Source: an uncultured Eggerthellaceae bacterium | GTDB lineage: Bacteria; Actinomycetota; Coriobacteriia; Coriobacteriales; Eggerthellaceae | Assembly: GCA_934668515.1 (NCBI GenBank) | Contig: CAKUNS010000006.1 | Span: 2,201 to 66,200, forward strand | DNA length: 64,000 bases | Direction: 5' to 3' | Shown: positions 19,796 to 27,482 of the stretch, in pieces | Position numbering within the stretch: position 1 is the stretch's first letter | Layout of the letters: every line of letters starts with the position of its first letter | Notes under the pieces: generated by a model | Database searches by the model: none | The model's input: the letters and a program-made list of their open reading frames with translations, nothing else | Told to the model about the DNA's origin: nothing | Made by a program: the position numbers and the translations under genes

Positions 19796-21940
19796 GTGAT
19801 TTCGACATCCATCGCATGGATGGCGCCCGTATGCGCAATCATCGGCATGTGCGTCGCGCTTTATCTTGCTCGCTGGGTCCTTGCGCAGGATCCCGGTTCG
19901 GACAAGATGAACTCTATTTCCATTAAGATTCAGACCGGCGCTGCCGCCTTCCTGAAGAGCGAGTACAAGATGCTCGCGGTCTTCGTGGTTGTTGTCGCTG
20001 TTCTGATGGCCGTGGCTCTTTCGCCCTGGACCGCTCTTGCGTTCATCACTGGCGGCATTCTTTCCGCTTGCGCAGGTTATGCAGGCATGTTCGTCGCCAC
20101 ACGTGCCAACACCCGTACCACCCATGCTGCCGAGACTTCCGTTGCTGCCGCTCTTAAGGTCAGCTTTCGTTCCGGCCTGACCATGGGCCTGTGCGTTGCT
20201 TCCTTCGCTTTGTTCGGCCTTTCCCTTTGGCTTATCGCGATGGTCTTCAGCAACGTCACCAGCATCAACGTGACGGGCGCCATTATCGATCTCATCCACA
20301 CCAACGTCGGTATGGTCGAGGGCTTTGCAACCGGCGCTTCCGCAGTTGCTCTCTTCGCTCGTGTTGGCGGCGGCATTTACACCAAGGCTGCTGACGTCGG
20401 AGCCGACCTGGTTGGTAAGGTTGAGGCTGGCATCCCCGAGGACGACCCCCGCAACCCCGCAACCATCGCCGACAACGTTGGCGACAACGTCGGCGACGTC
20501 GCTGGCATGGGCGCCGACCTGTTTGAGTCCTACACCGGCTCCATCATCTCGCCGACCATTCTTGCTATCACCATGGCTTCGCTTGGCTACTTCATGGGCG
20601 TTGACATTCTTTGGTCCATCTTGGTTCCGGTCATGATTGCTGCTTGCGGCATCATCACTTCGGTCATCGGCCTTACTGCAGTTCGCACTTCTGAGAACGC
20701 TGACAGCGCCGCTTTGTCCAAGGCCCTCAATCGTGGCACTTATCTCGCCGCTATCATCGAGATCGTTGCTATCTTCGTTATCTTCTTCGCATGGCAGAAC
20801 CAGACCGCTGCAGGCAACCAGCCGCTGTGGCTTTTCGGCTCCGTTGTGTGCGGCCTTGTCGCGGGCCTTGCAATTGGCAAGGTTACCGAGTATTACACCT
20901 CTGATTCTTACAAGCCGGTCAAGAAGATCGCCGAGGATTCCGAGACGGGTGCTGCAACCAACATCATTCAGGGTATTTCCACGGGCTTCATGTCCACCGT
21001 TATCCCGATCATCTTGATCGCCGCCGCCATCATTGCTGCGTACTCGTTCGGCAACCTTGCATTCCCGAACGCCCATGGCGAGATCGCTGTTGGTTTGTTC
21101 GGTGTTGCACTTGCCGCTACCGGCATGCTCTCCAACACTGCAATCACCATTGGTGTTGACGCTTACGGCCCTGTCGCCGACAACGCTGGCGGCATTGCCG
21201 AGATGGCTCTTCTGCCTGAAGAGATCCGTGATCGTACCGATTCGCTTGACTCCGTTGGCAACACCACCGCTGCTATCGCCAAGGGTTTCGCCATCGCTTC
21301 TGCTGGCTTGTCCGCCATCTCGCTTTTCGTGTCCTATCAGGTCACCATGCATCATGCATTCCCGAACTTCAGCCTGACCTTGAACGATCCGATGATCATC
21401 GCGGGCCTGTTCGTGGGTGCTATGGTTCCGTTTATGTTCGCTGCTCTGACCATGGGTGCTGTTTCCGAGGCGGCCCACGCGATGGTTGAAGAGGTTCGTC
21501 GTCAGTTCCGTGAGATCCCTGGAATCATGGAATACAAGAACGAGCCCGAGTACGATAATTGCGTTGCGATCTCGACTCAGTCTGCTTTGAAGAAGATGCT
21601 TCTTCCTGGCACCTTGGCATTGATCGTCCCCATCGTTATCGGCTGCATCAGCCCTGCGATGCTTGGTGGTTTCCTGGCTGGCGCCGTTGCAACCGGTATG
21701 CTTCTTGCCATCTTCATGTCCAACGCCGGTGGCGCTTGGGACAACGCTAAGAAGTACATTGAGGGTGGCAATCACGGCGGCAAGGGATCTGAAGCCCATC
21801 GTGCTGCTGTTGTTGGCGATACCGTTGGCGACCCCTTCAAGGACACCTCCGGTCCGTCCATGAACATCCTCATCAACCTGATGACGATGGTTTCGCTGAC
21901 CTTCTCGCCGCTGTTCATCGCCATTCAGACGATGCTCTAA
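19796..21940 (+). CDS. hppA: Membrane-integral pyrophosphate-energised cation pump (K+-dependent type M-PPase)
   Basis: 714 aa and polytopic, with ..DNVGDNVGDVAGMGADLFESY.. and ..GNTTAAIAKGFAI.. motifs. The GTG start follows an AAGGAGG RBS. Confidence 0.93.
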   Translation: MISTSIAWMAPVCAIIGMCVALYLARWVLAQDPGSDKMNSISIKIQTGAAAFLKSEYKMLAVFVVVVAVLMAVALSPWTALAFITGGILSACAGYAGMFVATRANTRTTHAAETSVAAALKVSFRSGLTMGLCVASFALFGLSLWLIAMVFSNVTSINVTGAIIDLIHTNVGMVEGFATGASAVALFARVGGGIYTKAADVGADLVGKVEAGIPEDDPRNPATIADNVGDNVGDVAGMGADLFESYTGSIISPTILAITMASLGYFMGVDILWSILVPVMIAACGIITSVIGLTAVRTSENADSAALSKALNRGTYLAAIIEIVAIFVIFFAWQNQTAAGNQPLWLFGSVVCGLVAGLAIGKVTEYYTSDSYKPVKKIAEDSETGAATNIIQGISTGFMSTVIPIILIAAAIIAAYSFGNLAFPNAHGEIAVGLFGVALAATGMLSNTAITIGVDAYGPVADNAGGIAEMALLPEEIRDRTDSLDSVGNTTAAIAKGFAIASAGLSAISLFVSYQVTMHHAFPNFSLTLNDPMIIAGLFVGAMVPFMFAALTMGAVSEAAHAMVEEVRRQFREIPGIMEYKNEPEYDNCVAISTQSALKKMLLPGTLALIVPIVIGCISPAMLGGFLAGAVATGMLLAIFMSNAGGAWDNAKKYIEGGNHGGKGSEAHRAAVVGDTVGDPFKDTSGPSMNILINLMTMVSLTFSPLFIAIQTML

Positions 21941-21967
21941 GTTGCGAAGCAGCTTAATTGCTAACAA

Positions 21968-21999
21968 GGGCCGCGCAGTGCGCGGCCCTTGTTTTTTTT
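21968..21999. terminator. Strong hairpin terminator between the convergent genes hppA (+) and yfcE-like (-)
   Basis: GGGCCGCGC-AGT-GCGCGGCCC is followed by TTGTTTTTTTT on the + strand. On the - strand it is followed only by a weak TTGTTAG stretch. Confidence 0.8.
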
Positions 22000-22052
22000 C
22001 ATTCAGATGCGTACGGTATTACGCCTTGATTCCCTTTGATGTCGGCAGACCC

Positions 22053-22643
22053 TTACAGCGAAATCGATTTCAACGTATGCCCGTCAAGGTCTAAAAGAGA
22101 TATCGCGCCGTTGTCATAGAAAGCAACGCTGGCAATACCGTCCTTCGGAATACTCGGACTGCCAGGGTTAAGCAAAGTGATGGATGATCCGTTTGGTGTT
22201 TCCGCATATTCAAGTCGCTTTTTATGCGTGTGGCCGCTTGCGAAAATGGTGCCGGCTGGCAGATGGGGGAGAGACTCTTCGGTTTGGTTCGGGCGGTGTC
22301 CATGCGTCAAGAAGAACATAAAGCCATCGAGCTCGATTTGCGAATACTCGGCCATGATGGGGAATTCCAGAACCATTTGATCGACCTCGGCGTCACAGTT
22401 ACCGCGGATAGCGGTGATTACTTCAGCGTTCTTATTCAGCATGGCGATAACCTCTTTAGGCGCATAACCTTCGGGGAGATCGTTTCGTGGTCCGTGATAT
22501 AAGATATCCCCCAAGATAATCAACCTATTGCAGTTATTGGCTTTAAAAAGGTCGAGCACCTGTGCAGTTGCAATTGCGGACCCGTGGAGGTCGGATGCGA
22601 AGAGTGCTTTCAAATCTGTGTCCTTTCTACCAACGCCAGCCAT
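22053..22643 (-). CDS. YfcE / MJ0936-family metallophosphoesterase (phosphodiesterase)
   Basis: It has ..LFASDLHGS.., ..LGDILYHGPRN.., ..RGNCD.., ..LTHGH.. and ..SGHTH.., the calcineurin-like metallophosphoesterase motifs in YfcE order. It overlaps the upstream HD gene by 17 nt. Confidence 0.8.
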   Translation of the reverse strand: MAGVGRKDTDLKALFASDLHGSAIATAQVLDLFKANNCNRLIILGDILYHGPRNDLPEGYAPKEVIAMLNKNAEVITAIRGNCDAEVDQMVLEFPIMAEYSQIELDGFMFFLTHGHRPNQTEESLPHLPAGTIFASGHTHKKRLEYAETPNGSSITLLNPGSPSIPKDGIASVAFYDNGAISLLDLDGHTLKSISL

Positions 22644-23844
22644 AGCGCTTCATATGAAGCGTAGTGGTGGCTTGCGGGAACATGAGCGCATGAAGCGAAA
22701 GAAAATAACTGTCCGTCATTGACGAAATGAAGTCGACTACCACTTGATCGGGGTCTTCTTGCAGATATGCCTCTCGTGTTATCGAATTCGACCTTTCAGC
22801 AAGCTTATCTATATGATGACGGTAGATAAGCGACGATTCATCCTCACGCGCAAGATCGTCGATGCAGCGCTCATATACTTCTTCGAACATCACAGCAACG
22901 ATGTTCTTATCGTCGGCAACCATGCCTTCTTTCAAATAAATCAGCTCGTAGTTCTGCTTCTTCGCATTAACGATGTCGACAAATGCCTTCTCACTCATCG
23001 AAAGCTTTTCATGCCCGAGGCTATTGTTGACGATATCTACCGTAAGGTTGTTGATGATGCGAGCATTATCAACTCCGATGTAATTCGATTCGAACACATC
23101 AAGTGAATTGATGGCGCCTATAGTAAGTGCGTCTTGGCGGTCTTTACCAAGATACGCGATCATGTCGCTGACGCGAACGACGCAACCTTCGAGTGTGCTG
23201 GGACGCAGCGTTGCGATGGACGATTCCTCGTTGGTGCAGGCTTCAACAAGATGGTCGAGTTGATCGAAGGACGCGGTGGTTCCAAGTGTTAACTCTTGCT
23301 GAGCGAATTCGCCATTGTGGCAAAGGGCTCCGTCAAGTGTTTGCAGCGAGATGTTTCGACGGTAAAGCTTGTCCATGACGCGTACCGATTGCACGTTATG
23401 ATTGAAATATCTCCCTGTACGTCGGTGCAGGCATTCGTTCAGGAATCGCTCGCCTGCGTGTCCGAAAGGTGTGTGCCCTAAATCGTGACCAAGAGCGATT
23501 GCCTCGATGAGGTCGGTATTCAATCCCAGCAACGAACCGATATTACGTGCGATATTCGATACAAGTTGAACATGCAGACCGCGACGGCAGATGTCGTCGT
23601 TTTCGATCAGGCTGAAAACTTGCGTTTTGTCGGCATAGCGATTGTAAGCGGGTATGTTCAGGATCTTGTCTACATCACGCCGAAACGCCGGCCTTCCAAT
23701 GGTGCCGTTATCGTGAGGGTTCTCTTCGCGTCGCGTGATGTCTTCATCTTTGAACGCGAACGGACTCATGACGTGCTGTTCGCGGTTCTTCGCAATTTGA
23801 CGTTCGATACTGGGCTCAAGTTCGAGATAAGGGATTGATGACAT
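22627..23844 (-). CDS. HD-domain dNTP/dGTP triphosphohydrolase-like protein
   Basis: 405 aa with ..RRGLHVQLVSNIARNIG.. and ..ALGHDLGHTPFGHAGE.. (HD motif of the dGTPase-like family). It diverges from dnaG. Confidence 0.8.
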   Translation of the reverse strand: MSSIPYLELEPSIERQIAKNREQHVMSPFAFKDEDITRREENPHDNGTIGRPAFRRDVDKILNIPAYNRYADKTQVFSLIENDDICRRGLHVQLVSNIARNIGSLLGLNTDLIEAIALGHDLGHTPFGHAGERFLNECLHRRTGRYFNHNVQSVRVMDKLYRRNISLQTLDGALCHNGEFAQQELTLGTTASFDQLDHLVEACTNEESSIATLRPSTLEGCVVRVSDMIAYLGKDRQDALTIGAINSLDVFESNYIGVDNARIINNLTVDIVNNSLGHEKLSMSEKAFVDIVNAKKQNYELIYLKEGMVADDKNIVAVMFEEVYERCIDDLAREDESSLIYRHHIDKLAERSNSITREAYLQEDPDQVVVDFISSMTDSYFLSLHALMFPQATTTLHMKRYGWRW

Positions 23845-23971
23845 GGTCTTTGCTTCCTCTTTTCGACTACTGCATTTTATCAGCTATCGATCGAACCAGA
23901 GGGACTGCAATACGTGCGCATGGTAACATGATCACGTTTTCAGCATCGAGACGTTTCAGGGGAATCCAAGC

Positions 23972-25858
23972 ATGGCCGGCGGCATTTCAGACGAGGATAT
24001 TCAAAAAGTTCGCGATGCCACCGACATCGTCGCATTGTTCTCTGAATATACCCCGGTAAAGCAACGTGGTCGCGATTACTGGTGTTGTTGCCCCTTCCAT
24101 CAAGAAAAAACGCCTTCGTGTAAACTTGACCCCTCAACTCAGCTTTGGCATTGTTTCGGCTGTGGTGAGGGCGGCGATATTTTCTCGTTCGTGATGAAGC
24201 ACGACGGGGTTTCATTTCCCGATGCCGTGCGCACCCTTGCCCAGCGAGCCCATATCGAAATTTCGTCTAACGAACGCGGTCGAGGCGTCTCGCAATCGAA
24301 GCGCGCCCTGCTTCAAGAGATTTGCCAGGAGTCTGCCAGCTTCTTCCATACTCAGCTGATGAGAGATCCGTCTCCTCAGGCGGCTACTGCCCGCGAATAC
24401 CTTTCGGGACGTGGTCTTGGCGGTTCTGTCCCTAATGATTGGAACCTCGGTTTCGCTCCCGGCAACCAAAAGCTGGTCAATCATCTTAGAGGCAAGGGCT
24501 TCCAGTTCAACGATATGGTCGAAGCGAACGTCGCTGTTTCCAGAAACGGGCGTTACCAAGATCGTTTTTATAACCGTGTTATGTTTCCCATTCGCGATCC
24601 TCAAGGTGACGTCATCGCTTTCGGCGGTCGCGTAATTGGCACGGGCGAGCCAAAATATTTGAACTCGCAGGAAACGCCGTTATTTCACAAGTCGCGCGTG
24701 CTCTACGGCTTGGATAAAGCAAAGGCATCGCTCACTTCAACAGGCATTGCTCTGATCACCGAGGGATACACTGACGTTATCGCCCTGCATGAAAGCGGTA
24801 TCACGAATGCCGTTGCAACGCTTGGCACGTCACTGACCATGAATCATATTCGATTGATTTCGCGTTATGCTCAGCACAAGATCGTTTACCTGTTCGACGG
24901 AGATGCCGCAGGTCAAAAGGCAGCAGATAGGGCGTTGCAGTTCATAGACGAAAGCATGACCCCCGAAGCCGGTCGAAGCAAAATCGAGCTATGCGCTGTC
25001 ACGCTTCCCGACAATCAAGACCCAGCCGAATATATGGCTTCTCATTCCGCCGACGATCTCCGTCAGCTCGTGAATGACGCCAAGCCTCTTATTGAATATG
25101 GCATCGAGCGCCGCCTTGCAAAGCACGATTTGTCTTCAGCGGAGGGACGAACCGCAGCGCTTACTGACGCGCTTTCCATCCTTGCGCCTATCAAGAACTC
25201 CCTGTTGGCAAAGGATTACGCTGTTCAAATCGCCGGTCGCGTCCGAGCGAGGGAAGATGATGTCCTCACCCGACTTTCACAGCTTAAAGCGCCGCGCAGG
25301 TTCGATGAGGATGACGCTCCCCAAAGAGGGTTGCGTGGCTCACTTCCCTCGCAGCAGGTCACTCCCAAGGCCCCCACTCATCCAAGCTTGTCTTCTGCCG
25401 AGGTGAATCGCCGTCGGTTCGAGGGAGAGTTGCTAGGGTTATGCGCTCAAAACCCGCTTCTTGCCCTCGCTCATGCCGATTCGCTTGCTCAGACGCAATG
25501 GCACGAGGACATTCACTCTCGTTTGGCTTCTGCCTTGCTTGATGCGCTTGCGGCAAACCCCGCCATCACCCCCGCCGAGCTTGTCTCGCGCATCTCCACC
25601 GATATTCCTTTGGCTTCGCGCATTCTAACCACATCGCGCAGTGCTTCCGATGACGAAGAGACGATGGCGACGTATCTCGTTGAAGAGCTTTCAATCGGTG
25701 ATATGGAGGATTCCATCAGCCAATTGCGCATGACCTTGTCTGCTAATGACGGTCTTGACGCCGAAGAGCGGGAAATCCTGTTCCAAAGCATCGTCAGCAT
25801 GCAGAAAACATTGACTGACAAGAAGCGTGCACATAAGGCTCCCGTGTTTTACGAATAA
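23972..25858 (+). CDS. dnaG: DNA primase
   Basis: It has a zinc-ribbon (CCCPFHQEKTPSCKLD...WHCFGCGEGGD) and a TOPRIM domain (..ITEGYTDVIAL.., ..LFDGDAAGQKAA..). Confidence 0.93.
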   Translation: MAGGISDEDIQKVRDATDIVALFSEYTPVKQRGRDYWCCCPFHQEKTPSCKLDPSTQLWHCFGCGEGGDIFSFVMKHDGVSFPDAVRTLAQRAHIEISSNERGRGVSQSKRALLQEICQESASFFHTQLMRDPSPQAATAREYLSGRGLGGSVPNDWNLGFAPGNQKLVNHLRGKGFQFNDMVEANVAVSRNGRYQDRFYNRVMFPIRDPQGDVIAFGGRVIGTGEPKYLNSQETPLFHKSRVLYGLDKAKASLTSTGIALITEGYTDVIALHESGITNAVATLGTSLTMNHIRLISRYAQHKIVYLFDGDAAGQKAADRALQFIDESMTPEAGRSKIELCAVTLPDNQDPAEYMASHSADDLRQLVNDAKPLIEYGIERRLAKHDLSSAEGRTAALTDALSILAPIKNSLLAKDYAVQIAGRVRAREDDVLTRLSQLKAPRRFDEDDAPQRGLRGSLPSQQVTPKAPTHPSLSSAEVNRRRFEGELLGLCAQNPLLALAHADSLAQTQWHEDIHSRLASALLDALAANPAITPAELVSRISTDIPLASRILTTSRSASDDEETMATYLVEELSIGDMEDSISQLRMTLSANDGLDAEEREILFQSIVSMQKTLTDKKRAHKAPVFYE

Positions 25859-25991
25859 GCTGTTATCAGCCTTTCATGAAGTGCGATTGCCTTGTGGGGC
25901 GGGCAACCGTTATGGGGTTATAATTTTCTGGCCTTCAACGGGCGATATTTGATAAATTCGAGATGTTCTCGACTATAGATGGGATATTAGC

Positions 25992-26522
25992 GTGATCAAG
26001 ATCGTGCAGTCGCCGGATCCGCTGCTCAATCAGGTTTGCGAGCCGTGCGACCCTAAAAAGGACAAGACCCTTAAGCGTCTTTCCAAGCAGATGGCCAACA
26101 TCATGTACAAGAACAACGGCGTCGGCCTTGCCGCTCCTCAGGTTGGCGTGCTTAAGCGCATTATCGTCGTTGATTGCGACTGGGACGAAGAAACGCGCGA
26201 TCCCATCGTTCTTCTCAATCCGGAAATCGTAGAAATCAAAGGCGAACCCATCACCGATGGCGAAGGTTGTCTTTCTATTCCTGGAATCACCGTTCCTATT
26301 ACGCGTCAACCTTGGGTTCGCGTTCGCTATCTCGATCTTGAGGGCGAGTTGTGGGAGATCGAAAGCGATGGTCTGCTTGGCAGGTGCCTACAGCATGAGA
26401 TCGACCATCTGAACGGCAAGACGCTGTTCGAGAGCTGCTCGCCGACCGATCGCATCGCTGCTGTTACCGAGTACGAGAACGCAATTGCCGCTGGTGCTAA
26501 ACCCGGCGATACGTCCATCTAG
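25992..26522 (+). CDS. def: Peptide deformylase
   Basis: It has the motifs GVGLAAPQ, EGCLSIPG and QHEIDHLNG. The start is GTG. Confidence 0.93.
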   Translation: MIKIVQSPDPLLNQVCEPCDPKKDKTLKRLSKQMANIMYKNNGVGLAAPQVGVLKRIIVVDCDWDEETRDPIVLLNPEIVEIKGEPITDGEGCLSIPGITVPITRQPWVRVRYLDLEGELWEIESDGLLGRCLQHEIDHLNGKTLFESCSPTDRIAAVTEYENAIAAGAKPGDTSI

Positions 26523-26531
26523 GCGGCTTCG

Positions 26532-27482
26532 ATGAAGATCCTGTTCATGGGCACGCCTGATATCGCAGCAAACGTGTTGTCGGTATTGGCGGATTCAAAA
26601 CACGAGGTTCTCGGTGTTTTCACTCGTCCCGATTCCGTATCGGGCCGTGGAAAGAAACTTCTCCCGTCTCCAGTTAAAGCAGTCGCGCTCGAGCACGGGT
26701 TTCCCGTCAACGAGTTCAAGTCTTTCAAGGACGGTTCTGCTTTCGAGCGAATCAAAGAGCTCAATCCTGATGCTATCTGCGTTGTGGCTTATGGTGCGCT
26801 TTTGCCCGAAGAGGTTTTGGGATTCCCGCGTTTCGGAAGCATCAACGTTCATGCTTCGCTTCTTCCGCGTTGGCGCGGCGCTGCTCCTATAGAACGCTGC
26901 ATCCTTGAGGGCGATGTTGAAACGGGCGTAAGCATTATGCAAATGGAAGCCGGTCTTGACACCGGTCCCTATTGCGTGCAGCGTGTCGTCTCGGTCGGTG
27001 AGAAGTATCATGCGGAACTCTCGCGCGATCTTGCCGAAGTCGGAGCAGAAGCATTGGTTTTTGCACTCGACCAAATCGAGGCAGGTACCGCCAAATGGAG
27101 CGTTCAGGATGATGCGCTCTCTAATTACGCTGCAAAAATCGACAAACACGAGCTTTATCTCGATCCTTCTGACGATGCCGAAACCATATGCAGGAAGGTA
27201 CGCGCTTCAAGCGATGCCCATCCTTCTCATGCAGTCATTGAAGGTCGTAAGGTGACTGTTTTGGCGTGCGAGATTGCTTCTGTCGAAGACGCACAGTATT
27301 TCGAGGGTCTTCAGTCTGGTCGGGCCGTATTCAGGACAAAGAAGCTGTTCCTCATGACCGGTACCGGCGCGGTTCGGGTTACCGTGCTCAAACCTGAGGG
27401 AAAGAAAGAAATGGATGCCCTGTCGTTCTGCGCAGGGATTCAAGGTGCTAAGAACAAAATCATGACTTGGGGGGCTATGTAA
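26532..27482 (+). CDS. fmt: Methionyl-tRNA formyltransferase
   Basis: It has ..ILFMGTPD.., ..SINVHASLLPRWRGAAPI.. and the C-terminal Fmt domain. It follows def, as is typical. Confidence 0.93.
   Translation: MKILFMGTPDIAANVLSVLADSKHEVLGVFTRPDSVSGRGKKLLPSPVKAVALEHGFPVNEFKSFKDGSAFERIKELNPDAICVVAYGALLPEEVLGFPRFGSINVHASLLPRWRGAAPIERCILEGDVETGVSIMQMEAGLDTGPYCVQRVVSVGEKYHAELSRDLAEVGAEALVFALDQIEAGTAKWSVQDDALSNYAAKIDKHELYLDPSDDAETICRKVRASSDAHPSHAVIEGRKVTVLACEIASVEDAQYFEGLQSGRAVFRTKKLFLMTGTGAVRVTVLKPEGKKEMDALSFCAGIQGAKNKIMTWGAM

Noticed and set aside
19712-21967. A 751-aa minus-strand ORF.
   Set aside because: It is antisense to the hppA gene, has no recognisable motifs and runs through the hppA terminator. 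The + frame encodes a full-length M-PPase.
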